Source: Chiloscyllium plagiosum (taxonomy: Eukaryota). Taken from it: a stretch of 64,000 nt of DNA. Positions within the stretch are counted from its first letter, which is position 1. Every line of letters begins with the position of its first letter. Shown piece by piece: positions 37,531 to 50,850 of this stretch. Where the stretch lies: assembly GCF_004010195.1 (NCBI RefSeq), contig NC_057750.1, forward strand, positions 634,181 to 698,180, given 5' to 3'. The notes below the pieces were generated by a model. The model worked only from the letters and a program-made list of their open reading frames with translations, did no database searches and was not told where the DNA came from. The position numbers and the translations under genes were made by a program.

Positions 37531-40500
37531 AAACACACTTCCCCATAACATGTGGGAGGGACTGGAACACACTGACTAGAAATGTGGTGGTTGCAGGTTC
37601 AACTAAGGCATTGGATGGTTATTTGGTATTTGAATAGAAATGGTCATGCAGGGGAATGGGTAAAAGGAAGAGATTGCCTCTAGGTGCAGGCACGATGGGT
37701 CAGATGGCCTCTTGTACCATAATAATGTGATTCTGTGAATATGTTTTAGAAGTAGTCTGCCTGGCTAATTACAAAATGATAACCTGCTAGGTAACCCCCC
37801 AACTTTAGTAAAAGGTACATTAGCCTCAGCACCGAGCATCATATAAGAGAAAACGTTGGAGGAGGCTGGGATTAGACACTTCATTGATTATGGCAGGCAT
37901 CATTGTCTATGTTCAGGTCTGAAAGATGACTGAGGTGCCCGGTATCTGTAGAGATTTAATTGTGGTGAATTAGGAAGCCTCAGTTGACCAGGTGCTTTCT
38001 GAATGTGGAAGAGTTGCTCTGTTTGGTCTTAGACACAATTCAGTCACAATCACTGATCCATCTTTGTAGATTGTGTATCAGGATCAATGTGAATAGAGCA
38101 AGAGTGACAGAGTCTATAACAGGCCATAGTTTAAACTAATGACTGAGGTAAGCAAGACAAAATCCAGTGTAACAGTTTGGGGAAGAGCTGATTTCAAAAG
38201 GAACAGAAATAAACATCAGAAATTAGCTGGGAAATAGCAAAAAGAGGGGAAAGATTTAAAACCACAAACAATTGGGTTTAGGGACAAGATATTCTGTAAT
38301 AACACCTGAACGAACTTTACAGTCATGACGGCTCATTGACAAATGAATACGATGTTAACAAGTATGCCAGCAAATTGAAACGCTGCCGAAAGGAATATAG
38401 CAAAGGCAAAAGAATGGCAGGATACCACAACGGGACTTAAAATATTATTTAATAAGAAATATAAAATGAAATTGTATTCTATAAAAGGCTAAATACTCAG
38501 GATGGGGGATTGATAGACAGAGGATCAACTGACAGCTCACAAATGCTAGGTACAACTGAGGTACCTGATATCTGTAGAGATATAACGTCCAATGATCCCC
38601 AAGACAGTTAAGTCCAAAGAAAAATACTGCAAAATATGAAGGAAAAGGAGAGGTGTCATTCTCAACACGAAAGAACTACAGGGGGAAAGAGAATCACTTT
38701 TTTTCTCTGGTATCAAATCCATTATCCCCAGTACAAGCAGCAACAGTGCAGGCAAGATAAGAGTGGACAAGAATCCGCATATCCTTATGTTACTTCAGTA
38801 CATTATCATGTCACTGTCTCTCTCAATGATTTATTCTGTAGCAGAGATTTACAGAGTCAAATATTATCAAGCTGAGCTGAATTAAACAGCAAGGTGACAG
38901 GTAGTTCATCTATATTTCCTGATATTTATATTTCTTAATGTTATCTATATTTTCTCATGATATTGGTACCTCACTAACACTCAAAAGCACTGTGTGATTG
39001 TTGATGACTGAAGCTCCCAAAATAGTCATTTTGAAAGATTACACTGTCATCCTTACCTGGTCTGGCCTATATGTGACTCCAGACCCACAGCAATGTGATT
39101 GACTCTTCACTGCCCTCAGGGCAATAAACCAGCGACACCCACATTCTGTGAATGAATAAAAAATTAGGAAGAGGCTATTCAGCCCCTCTATCTGTACTGG
39201 CTCGCTGCAAGAACAATGCAGGTCATCCCATACTCCATCCTTTTCCCTGTTCTTGCTGAATAATTCCTTTCCTAATTTCTTCCTTTTTCTTACCAGATAA
39301 TGATTCAATTGATCTTTGAAACCCACGGTTGAACTGCTTCCACCTTCTTCTCAGCAGCTCATTCCAGATCCTAACTACCCACTGCATTAAAAAAGCCACA
39401 GGGTTTACCAGAAGACCCTGCAGACTATGAAAAGTGGTGGTTAGGATCCATATGAGAGACTGTGTAAGTCCCGGCATCCTCCACCCCCTCGGTTTTATCG
39501 GTGCAGGGAGAAAGAGGCACAGGACGTGAAAGCTGCAGAATAGCTGAACTGAGGCAGGGTAATCTGTGTTTAGTGCTGAGTTCAAACTGTTCACATGTTG
39601 GTTATTGTGGGAACCTTAAATCACATTGCTGGAATCTTGGATTTGTAGAGCAGATGTTCATATTTTTGAAAAGCAAGTAAGGTCTATTTATTTACATAGA
39701 TCTGCAGGTTTTCTTTAATTTCCCTTTCTTGAAAGAGTAAAGCAAAATCTGGCTGCAATTGTCAGATTTTCTTCAAAAACGTCTTTATTTCCTGAGGCCA
39801 AGCTGGAGAGTTTAGAGATTGCCAGAGCAGAGTGATCAGCCTCGACGGCTCAGTAACAGCCCAAGATTTCTCCTCATGGTGTTTTGAATTTTCTTGCCAA
39901 TGATACTGAACTGGTTTTGTTTGTTTCTCAACATGGAACAGTTTCTTCATCCAGAACGGCTCATGATATTGAAGACCTTGAACAAGTTTCCTTTCACCGT
40001 TTCCCTTCTCTGAGAATAGTTCCAGCTTCTCTTACCCTTCCACCTCATCGAATTCCGAATTCCTCAGGCTGTTACTGAGAGCTTTCCCTTCAGTACAAAT
40101 TTTATTAAATTTTATCCACAGAATAGAACCTTCTCTCTATTTTTTTTCTTATATTAAACTTTTATACTGCCAATTTGATAAAATAGTGTTCTCCCATTTA
40201 TCTTTAGGCAGGTTTTCCTGTTCCGTGTTCCACAACAACCATTACTCAGTGTGACTGTGTCTCTTTCCCTTACAACTTCTCATTTCTTTCTGTTCCTTTC
40301 TCTTTCAATAGTATCCTTCCCACTTGGAGCCTACAACAGGCCGTTCAGCCCACTACCTGATGCTGGTGTTTATGTTTGATGAGCCACATTGCACTTCTCT
40401 CCATTTCCCCTGTCAGCATCTTTTACATTTTATCTCGCTTCTTCTTCAATGTTTCAATGTTATTCACCTCAACTATTCCCTGCTACAGTAACTTCCTCAT

Positions 40501-42904
40501 CCTCGTCGCTGTCTGGGTAAGGAGGATATAATTCTTTAGGGGTTAGGGACTCTGGTGCTGGGGGGAAGGTGCTAGATAGATGAGGGGTAAGACATGCATT
40601 GTGTGAGAGGGGACAAAGTACAAGGTAGGTTAAGGGTTAGGGTACTAATTGGGTTCAGGGTCATGGTGGGTGAGGCAGGTAAGGTGCCATTTGGTTGAGG
40701 AGAAAGGTGCCAGCTGGGTGAGGGTTATGGTGCAAGGTGAGTAGGGTGTCAGGTAAGTGTTTACGGGGGGTTCAGCAGCGTTGGATCTGCAGGAGACCAT
40801 CAGGTCTGGCAAGTGACGGTGTGTTGTGTTGGGGCCTGGTCTGGAGGGGGATGGTGATGTCTGATCCATTGGGGTTAGGTCAAATGGGAGGCTGGGTGTG
40901 GTCAGGCTCCAAGGATAGTGTCAGTTTCAGGAAGCTTTGGAAGAGGATGGTCTTGGTTTCAGAGTGGATCGGGTCGGAGGGGATTGGTGAGGGGGCTGGA
41001 CCAGGCCATTGTCGCATTGATGGGTGTGTCTGGCTGGGTAATGAGGGGTCTGTGGGTTATGGCTTGTGGTGGGGGGGTGGGAATGGCGGGGAGGTGCTTA
41101 GTGGTTATCCAGGAGTTACAGCAGATTCTGACATTTTCTAGTAACGAGTTATACAAGTTAAAACCTTAAAAATCTCCAGCTTTAAAAATCTATTTTGAAG
41201 AATTTCAGACACCGAGGAATTACACATTATAAATTTCAGTTTCCCAGTCAATTCCAACAAACTCACTACATCGGGAATTCTGCACGCTCCCAACACACAG
41301 TCTACATTACTCCACATGCTCTCTTCACTATTAGGATTTCCAGGCCTTTTGCATTCCCCATTACCCCTGTTTTTAATGGATTCATAAATGTATATTCATT
41401 GTATATAAAATATAGACACTGTACAGTTACTGTACAGAAATATGTTTACTTTATATAATATACATTTGTATTTCTATTTTCTGATCCCCCAACTATTTCA
41501 ACATAACAGATACCTGAACCACAGAAATAAATCCTCTTCAAAGCTTAATAGACTAATGAATTATCTACCCACTTCCAGTTTAAATTTTTTTTAAACTATT
41601 CTCCCTATATTATGCAGTTTTAGTTTCCATGGCAAGTACTGAGGTGAAGTAATTATTCACCCTTTCTGTCATTTTACTGCCTCAATGACCCAATGTTGTC
41701 CATGTGCTGTGGGTTGACCCACTGCCCTTCAGGAGGGAATTCCAGGATTTTGACCCAGCGATGAAGGGGCAGTGCTTAAAAAGCTTGTGATTTCAGATAA
41801 ACCTTGAACTATAACCTGGTGTCATGTGACTTCTCACCTGGGAGATCAAGACTAGTCTTTCCAGTCTACCCTCCTGTTGAAGTCCTTATACTTGGTATTA
41901 TTCTTAAGAATCTCAGCTGCTCCCTTCAAGCAGTTTCTGAATTTCACATAATGTCTCTTTTTGTGTGTTCTCTCATTCCATTCCAAAAATATTCCTTTTA
42001 CATTTTAACAGCCTTAAACAGTCTTGTCAGGTCATCATTCAAGACTTGTGCACCACCCTTCCCTTCCCCTCCCAGATCTCCTCCTGTGCCTTTTTAAAAA
42101 ATCATTCCATTTTATTGCCTTATGCCTCCTTATTCTTTCTAAAATACATTCTAAAATAACATAACAAATACACTTTTTTTTTTGTTAAATTTCATCTGCA
42201 ATGTGTTGTTCCACCAACCTATGTCCTCTTGCTGGTTTTCTCACTAACTACTTCAGTTCCAACCTTGTAATTGTTTTAATTTGTCGCACGGTTTAATGAA
42301 ATGCCAGCCGCACCATGGAATTTTCACTAACACATTGAACTGTTCACTGACAATATCGGATATATTCCTAAATTGACAAAGGAGAGTGAATCTCCTCGCA
42401 GACCATTAAAATGCCAGGGGAGGGGGGACTGCTTAATGGTTTAGATGTTTCCAGCAAATAGAATCACTCAGATAATTTTGTCATTATTTCTTCTGTTTTG
42501 TTCTGCATCTCATTTTGTTGTGAGAATCTTTAACATGGATTTAAAGGTGAATGAACATGTTTTTAGCCACGATTGCTGGATCTGAGAATTAATGAGTTTT
42601 TTTTTCTAGATTAGTATGGCATGACTGTTCTGTGTCACTTCAGAGGATTCACATTTAGAGGAAACTTAAAGAATTGTTAGAAGCTTGTAAAGTCTGAGTT
42701 CAACAAGACTGCCCCTTTATCCATTAGCCTTAATCCTACTGCAGGTCTTCTTCCAACTTCTCCCTTTATTCTCAATCTCCTTGCTCCTGGTGATAATGTT
42801 CATGTGGCTTCCTTCACTGGCTTTGCCTGGGTAACTGACCTGCTTGTTGTAGTTTGTTCCTTAAGGATATACAGAGGATGCACTGCTGTCTAAGTGTTAA
42901 ACTT

Positions 42905-44567
42905 AGAACATAGAACAGTACTGCACAGCACAGGCTCTTTAGCCCCTGCTGTTGTGCTGACCTTTTTATCTTGCTCGAAGATCAAACTAACCTGCATACC
43001 TAGTGAAGAAAGCTTTTAACATGCTTTCCTTTATTGGTAGGATCATTGAGTGCAGGAGTTGGGAGGTTATGCTGCGGCTGTACAGAACAATGGTGAGGCC
43101 ACTTTTGGAATATTGTGTGCAATTCTGGTCTCCGTCCTATAGGAAGGATGTTGTGAAACCTGAAAGGGTTCAGAAAGGATTTACAAGGATGTTGGCAGGG
43201 TTGGAGGGTTTGAGCTGTTGGGAGAGGCTGAGTAGGCTGGGGCTGTTTTATCTGGAGTGTCGGAGGTGGAGGGGTGACCATATAGAGGCTTTTAAAATCA
43301 TGAGGGGCACGGATAGGGTAAATAGATAAGGTCTTTTCACAAGGGTGGGGGAGTACTGAACTAGAAGGCATTGGTATAAGGTGAGAGAGGAAAGTTTTTA
43401 AAATGAAGTTAAGGGGCAACTTTTTCACGTAGAGGATGGTGTATGGAATGAGCTGCCAGAGGAAGTGGTGGAGGCTGGTACAATTACAACATTTAAAAGG
43501 TGTCTGGATAGGTATATGAATAGGAAGGGTTTAGAGAGATATGGACCGGGTGCTGGCAAGTATGGCTAGATTTGTTTTGGTTATGTAGTCGGCATGGGTG
43601 GGATGGACCAAAGGGACTGTTTCCATCCTTTAATTTACTATAAGCCATGTGCCTATCCAAGAGTTTTTTAAATGTCTCCTAATGTCTCACTCTTCTACCA
43701 CTGCTGGAAGTGCATTCCATGCACCCACCACTCTCTATGTAGAGAACCTACCTCTGACATCTCTCCTAAACCTTCCTTAAAAGTATGCCCCCTTGTGATA
43801 GACATTTCTGCCCTGGGAAAAAGTCTCTGGCTATCCACTCTATCTCTGCCTCTCATCATCTTATACACCTCTATCAAGTCACCTCTCTTCCTCCTTCACT
43901 CCAATAAGAAAGCCCTAGATCCCTCAACCTTTACTCGTAAGACATGCCCTCCATCCAGGCAGCATCCTGGTAAATCTCCTCTGCACCCTCTCCAAAACCT
44001 CTATCTTTCCTATAATGAGACGACCAGAACTGAACACAATATTCCAAGTATGGTCTAAACAGGATTCTATAGAGCTATAACATAACCTCACGACTCTTAA
44101 ACTCAATCCCCCTGCTAATGAAAGCCAACACACTATATACCTTAACAACTTGGGTGGTAACTTTGAGGGACAAGTGGACATGGACCCAAGATCCCTCTGT
44201 TCCTCCACACTGCCAAGAAACTTACCTTTAACCCTGTATTCTGCATTCAGATTTGACCTTCCTGTCAATGTCCCATTGTAACCTACAACAGCCCTCCATA
44301 CTTTTCACAGCTCCATCAACCTTTGTGTCATTGGCTAACTTACTAACCCACCCTTCCACTTCCTCATCCAAGTTATTTATAAAAATCACCAAAAAGAGCA
44401 GAACCGATCCCTGCGGAAAACCACTGGTCACCAAGCTCCAGGCTGACTACATTCCATCTACCACCACCTATGGGCCAACCAATTCTAATTCCAGATAGCC
44501 CAATTTCCCTGTATCCCGTGCCTCTTACTTTCTGAATGAGCCTACCATGGGGAACCTTATCAAATGT
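42905..44567 (-). mobile_element. CR1 3' portion interrupted by an opposite-strand CR1
   Basis: tagaacatagaac tail; G.PQGSVL; SKLANDTKV; LERVQRRFTRMLPG. Confidence 0.9.
43002..43640 (+). mobile_element. HER1/CR1 3' end (nested)
   Basis: LYRTMVRPLLEYCVQFWSP.YRKDV..ERVQK.FTRML. Confidence 0.93.
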
Positions 44568-44654
44568 GTATTATTTTAAAAAAAAAAATAAATTTATACA
44601 ACCCACAACTGAAAAAATAAAGTTTCATCAGACTTCATACTTTCAATTTATAAT

Positions 44655-45047
44655 TTCATAGATTCTCTACAGTGGGGAAACAGGCCATTTGGCCCATTGA
44701 GTCCACACTGACCCCCAAAGAGCATTCCACCCTCTAATCCCATGGCTAGTCCACCCAGCCTGCACACTAAGAATAATTTAACATGGCCAAGCATCTAACT
44801 TGCACATTTTGGGATTATGGACGGAACCCACACAGATATGGGGAGAACATACAAATTCAACATAGACAGTTGCCAGAGAGTGGAATCGAACCCAGGAACA
44901 GGATACTGATTAAGGATGATCAGCCATGATCATATTGAATGGTGGTGCAGGCTCGAAGGGCAGAATGGCCTACTCCTGCACCTATTGTCTATTGTCCTTG
45001 GGGGTAGTGAGGAAGCCGTGCTAACCACTGAGCCACCATGCTGCCCA
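44655..45047 (-). mobile_element. Diverged HE1 with a CR1 3'-tail insertion (about 44900-44997, +)
   Basis: gatcagccatgatcatattgaatggtggtgcaggctcgaagggc..ctattgtctattgtc splits the SINE head. Confidence 0.8.
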
Positions 45048-45412
45048 GCCTGTGTCTCTTGATATTGAAATAACTGCTGGCAACTAACAGAGGATTGTTT
45101 TTACCAGTTATTCATAATATCGAAAACCTTAATTAGGTTACCTTCAGATTTATGGGTTAGAATAACGCTATGGTTACATTATTGTTCTAATATTTTAGCA
45201 ATTTGAGGTTATGTCCCACTGTGGTAATTTGTGAACTAAAATTCAGTTAATTAAATAAATATGGACTGAGAGTTTTAGTGTCATTAATGGTGGCCACAAA
45301 GCTATCACACCTGTTGTAAAAACCCATCTGGTGCTCTCATTACTCCTGCAGGTGAGAACATCCTGACCTAGTATGGGTTTTTATGTAACAGCATTGCAGC
45401 TGACTCTTAATG

Positions 45413-45415
<3 letters not shown>

Positions 45416-45444
<29 letters not shown>
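45416..45444. repeat. (CT)n microsatellite
   Basis: Directly visible. Confidence 0.95.
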
Positions 45445-45446
<2 letters not shown>

Positions 45447-47499
45447 CAAGCCAGTCAGTGTAGCAAACTGCTGCAGGAGAGTGACTCCATGTCAAGGACA
45501 TTCACAGTTCAAGACCAATGGCTATTGGCCTACATCTCAAGGGATTTTGGGAACAGGCAATAAACTTTGGTCTTCCCGACAACTTCCTGTGAATGAGTTT
45601 TTAAAAAAAGGACCAATTATTTTCTTGGGAGTTCACCGTGGTAGATATTTGCAGAGAGACTAATAACCCATTTCTTGACGGAACCATCCATTGGTACCTT
45701 GCAGGTAGAGAAATCTGGTCACCTACTGTGATAGCATCTCTGAGATGTTGATTAAAGACATGTTATCTCCACACTTGAACCCAACCCAAAGGAAGAGACA
45801 TTACCTCCTGCCCCCTCCCATGCTGCGATGATACTTGATGAACAGTCTTCATTGAGAGGACAGTCACCCCTTCTGCTGGACAATCTGATTGGCTGGCAGC
45901 TCTGTAGCCCTAGCAGAGTTGGTGTTGAGTGGTGGTCACTGCTGGGATAACAGTCTGTCCCCAGAGAACGAGTGTTCACGGTGTTGGATCTTAGCTAACC
46001 TCAGGCATTTTCAATGGGTCCAAATGGGAGGCCTCAGTTATGGCAGTGGGGGGATGTGTGGACTTTTGGGTTAATGATGACATGAAGAGATACAGGGGGG
46101 TGTATGATCTTAGGAGCAGAGGGGAAGGACCCCAATGGGCACTGGAGTCTCTCACCCCAAAAACGAGCTACCCCTACTTTTTCTCTTTCCCAGCAGTCAA
46201 TGCTGTGGAGGTGGACTAACTCCCTTAAAGAGCTATCAATGCTGCCAAGAGTGAGCATGCAGCCTCATGCCTTACCCATCCACCTCCATATTGATGGCAG
46301 GTTGATACTGGGCACATTGTTCAAACACCAACAAGTATCATAAAGTTCATCCCATGAGGTTAAAACATACCAGCAGTCCATCAGGAGAGCAGTCAGTTCC
46401 AGCTCTATATGAACTTTATCTCAATAAGTCTGTAAAATGGCCAAGCGAGATGTTTGAATGCTGGAGCAGAGTGGGGAACTTGACATTTCTCAATGGTTTT
46501 TGGGTCTGACAGCCTGCATTGGTACCTGTTCATGCGCATGGCATCAATATGTTGTACACAGAAACATTGCTACTGGTGCTGATGTGACCAATGAGAAACC
46601 ACAGATAGCATCATTTAAATGTTAAAAGTCACCTATTAGATTCTCTCTGGAAGGAACTGGCAATTGGGACAAAATGAACAGCTCTTACATTGGGTCAGCA
46701 CAATCACAATGGGCTGAAAGGATTTCTTCTGTGCTTTATTGTTCTGTGGATAGATAAGCTCCTCTCCACTTTAGCCTCCCTCCCTCCCCTCCCTCCCCTC
46801 CCTTTTCCCTTTCCCACTTTGACATAGCAATGGTAATAGTCAAAATTGCCCTCTCTTCCTCTGAATCTCCAAGCTCTGACCTCCTTGTACCCATGTTATT
46901 TTGAAATTGACTGTTCTTATCATTTTCTGTTCCCACTCATACATTCACAGATTCTGGGAAAGCCACAAAACTGCTAACTTCACTCGGGTTTCCTGTCACC
47001 ATACTCTCTGCAAAGCTCTTTGCTCTGTTTTCCACCTCTGCATTAAACTTTGGTACCATATTGCCCTCTGACCCTCGAATGGTCCAACTCATTAGGGTGG
47101 GATCACACTGAATGACATGGACAGAGGTTTTCCATTTCCAATTCATACCTGCACTTATTGCCTTGTGGGTGCCTCAATTATCTACTGTGTTTCAGGGTCA
47201 TGAGGATGGAGAGTTAGTCAATGTCCTCTGTATCCCTCAGCTAGTAACAAGATAAATTCTCTCTGTTGTAAAATCCTCACCGCTCCGTCCAGCCACAGAG
47301 ATTGATTGATTTAATTTCTGGTGTTAATGGAAATGGTAGACTCGGTGAAAGCAGCACCCTACAATTTCCTGGCACAGCAAGTATAGAAAGTACTGCCTGG
47401 AAATGTGTTGGGGGCAGATTGAATTGAACCATTCGACAGGGCATTCGAGGGTTATTTGGATAGACATAATGTACAAGAGTATGGGGAAAAGGCACTGGG

Positions 47500-48022
47500 T
47501 AATCACAGAATTCCTACAGTGTGGAAACAGGCCCTTCAACCCAGCAAGTCCACACCGAACCTCTGAAGAGTAACCCACCCAGACCCATTCCCCTTCCCTA
47601 TTACTCTACATCTACCCCTGACTAATGCACCTAACCTACACATCCCAGAACACAATGGGCAATTTAACACAGTTGATTCATCTGACCTACACATCTTTGG
47701 GGCCACGATTAGAGTGGTGCTGAAAAAGCACAGCAGATAAGGCAGCATCCAATGAGCAGGAAAAATCAGGAATCCAGATGAAGGGCTCCAGTCTGAAACA
47801 TCAGTTTTCCTGCTCCTCAGATGCTGCCTGACCTGCTGTGCTTTTCCAGCACCACTCTAATCTCCAGCATCGGCAGTCCTCACTTTTGCCTACTCATCTT
47901 TGGACCCGGAGGAAACCCACACAGAAACAGGGAGAATGTCTGTGGAGTTTGCATGTTCTCCCAAGGCTGGAATTAAATCTGGGTCCCTGGCACTGAGGCA
48001 GCAGTGTTAACCACTGAGCCAC
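47500..48022 (-). mobile_element. HE1 V-SINE interrupted by a palindromic element
   Basis: Tail at 47500, head at 48020. Confidence 0.85.
47701..47889. mobile_element. Palindromic Penelope-derived element (family A variant), about 14-bp TSD
   Basis: CTAC(A/T)CATCTTTGG on both sides; arms gattagagtggtgctg / cagcaccactctaatc. Confidence 0.85.
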
Positions 48023-48110
48023 TGGTAATGTTGCTCACCTGAAAAGCCAGTACAGGCATGATGAGCCAAATGGCTTCCTTCTCACTCTAAAAATTCTATG
48101 TTCGATTCAT

Positions 48111-48405
48111 GGGCGGCACATTAGCACAGTGGTTAGCACTGCTGCCTCACAGCGCCAGAGACCCAGGTTCACTTCCCACCTCAGGCGACTGACTGACTGA
48201 CTGTGTGGAGTTTGTACATTCTCCCAGTGTCTGTGTGGGTTTCCTCCAGGTGCTCCGGTTTCCTCCCACAGTCCAAAAATGTGCAGGTTAGGTAAATTGC
48301 CCGTGGTGTTAGGTAAAGGGGTGAAATTTAAGGGAATGGGTCTGGGTGGGTTGCACGTCAGTGTGGACTTGTTGGGCCGAAGGGCCTGTTTCCACACTGT
48401 ACACC
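48111..48405 (+). mobile_element. HE1 V-SINE
   Basis: Head, core, tail. Confidence 0.92.
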
Positions 48406-48904
48406 CAGTGTTTTAGATTAGATTACTTAATGTCTATTCTAATTCTTGGAACAGTTTCATAGCCCTAATTTGTCAAAAAATGTTATAGACAATGTTTGGC
48501 CTTGGAGCAGAGATCTTGTATTTTCTAAATCCCATTTATATTCTACAAATGAACTGTTTGTGAATTAAATTTAATTAAAATGCAAGCATTAAGTCATTTT
48601 TTATTTTAATTTATGTTAATATGACTAATTTAGAATATCCCATTTAAAGGGTGTGCACAGTTAGTATCTATAAGGTTATGTACTTAATTAAAACAATTAA
48701 TCAACTCACTTCGGACATCGTCCTCATGTGAAATTAATTTATGCCACTATGTTGTACAAACAACATTTCATGAAATGAAAGGGGTTGCTGGTGTCCACCT
48801 GTAAGGTCCAGTTATGGCTGAGTGCCTGGAACTTTCACACAGTCAAACCATTGTCAGTTCAAGCCCCACTCCAGAGACATGAACACAATCTAAGCTAGCT
48901 TGTA

Positions 48905-49070
48905 CACAAAAACAGAAATTGCTGGAAAAGCTCAGCAGGTCTGGCAGCATCTGTGCTGACTCAACTGGAAACATTAACTCTGATCCCTCTCCACAGATGC
49001 TGCCAGACCTGCTGAATTTTTCCAGCAATTTCTGTTTGTTTCAGATTTCCTGCATCCACAGTTCTTTCAT
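48905..49070. mobile_element. Palindromic family D element
   Basis: aaacagaaattgctggaaaagctcagcaggtctggcagcatctgtg / cacagatgctgccagacctgctgaatttttccagcaatttctgttt. Confidence 0.85.
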
Positions 49071-49654
49071 TTCTTAACTAAGCTCCTCAGGAGCTTATAT
49101 TTTACAGATACAATCTCTTTCTCATCTTCATTAATTCCTGGCCATTTAGTTGCTTCACTATGTTCATTGAACTCGGACCTTTGTTCATTTCCAGTTTTGT
49201 TTTGTTCCAAACATCTGTCATCAAGAGAAAATAAATTACTCACCATGTAATCAACTCATTTTGAGCTGACTGTCATTTCCTGTCACTCTATAGTTATCTC
49301 TCATTGTCAACGTAAGGAAACGCCTCATTGCTGCACTGTCAGAGGTACTGTGTTTGAAATTACATTATTAACTCAATGGCTTGTGGGAATGAAGAGAAGG
49401 TTTGTATCCTTGTATCCAAAAGCAGTGTGGAATATTAGAGGAACTGTAATCATAGGGCAAGGAGTTAGACCACCATAAATCTGTACATTGCTAATCAGAT
49501 ATCTGTCCATCAGCACTTTAAACATACTCAAAGGCTGAGTTTCCACAATCTTTGAGGAAGAGAATTCCAAAGATTCACAACCATTTCAGTAAATAACTTC
49601 AATGGATCTAAGTAGAAACCTCCACATTTTTAAACTGCAACCCCCCTTAAGAAC

Positions 49655-49990
49655 AAAACCAGAGAAAGTTGTGAACACAGCACAGACCATCGTAGAAGCC
49701 AACCTTCCATGCCCAGATTCCATTTACACTTCTCACCACCATGGAAAGGCTGCCGACATCATCAAAGACCCCTCCTGCCCCAGTAATACTCTCCTACAAC
49801 CTCTTCTGTGAGGCAGAAGATACAGAAGCTTGAACACACACACCAACAGCTTCTTCCCTGCTGTTGTCAGACTGCTGAATGGAGCACTCTAATTTCCATT
49901 AATATTGATTTTGGTTTTGTGCATGCCCTGTACAGTTGTAACCCTGCATGCTTTGCTCTGCTCTCTTTATACACTTGATGGTCTGGATGC
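49655..49990 (+). mobile_element. Rex1/Babar LINE 3' fragment
   Basis: KVVNTAQTI..NLP..DSIYTS..KAADIIKDPS.P. Confidence 0.8.
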
Positions 49991-50490
49991 AGGAGCAAAT
50001 TACTGCTGCTACTCGAATCTGTACTAAAAACCAAAAATGCTGATGAAGAGTCATCTAGCCTCAAGATACTAGCTTGCCACCTGTCCAACACACCTCCCAG
50101 TGCTGGTCATCACAACGCCTAGAAGCCATTTCCTTCACCCAATGCCCATTCACATGTGCCGTTACTTGCTTTTACAACCTCCTTGGTTTTGTTGTACGAA
50201 GGAATATTTAGAGTCCTTTTAGGTAACTTTATTAAGAAACTTCTTACCTGGGCTTCATTCTTGCCACAATGTAACTGTGAAATCACGTGATATCTCATTA
50301 GCATATTACACAGTCAGAGTTCACCAATTATAGCCCTCAATGTGTTGATTTGCAACACTTTTGTCTCATGGAAATCTTACCATGTATTTTAAAAGTTGCA
50401 ATTCAACAAAACCATAAGAAATCAGGACAGGAGTAGGCTATTCAGCTTCTCCAGCCTGCTCTGCCATTCAATAGGATCATACCTGACATT

Positions 50491-50850
50491 GCTGAAAAAT
50501 GTGGTGCTGGAAAAGCGCAGCAGGTCAGGCAGCATCCAAAGAGCAGGAGAATCGACGTTTCGGGCATAAGCCCTTCTTCAGGAATGAGGAGGGTGTGCCA
50601 AGCAGGCTAAGATTAAAGGTAGGGAGGAGGGACTTAGGGGAGGGGTGTTGGGAATGCGATAAGTGGAAGGAGGTTAAGGTGAGGGTGATAGGCCGGAGAG
50701 GGGGTGGGGGCGGAGAGGTCAGGAAGAAGATTGCAGGTCATCTTCCGCCTAGGAACCCTCCAACCACAAGGGATAAATGCAGATTTCTCCAGCTTTCTCA
50801 TTTCCCCTCCCCCACGTTATCTCAGTCCCAACCCTCTGACCTGAAGCTCC
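50491..50850. mobile_element. Penelope-like element 3' fragment (family A): inverted hammerhead-bearing repeat plus GIY-YIG C-terminal remnant, 14-bp TSD, inserted in a CR1 tail
   Basis: TCATACCTGACATT at 50477-50490 and 50851-50864. From 50740 (+) encodes IFRLGTLQPQGINADFS. Hammerhead on - strand at 50549-50586. Confidence 0.9.

Noticed and set aside
39930..40090. Minus-strand exon ending at GG|gtaaga (about 40036)
   Set aside because: The surrounding sequence reads as a decayed CR1 3' region.
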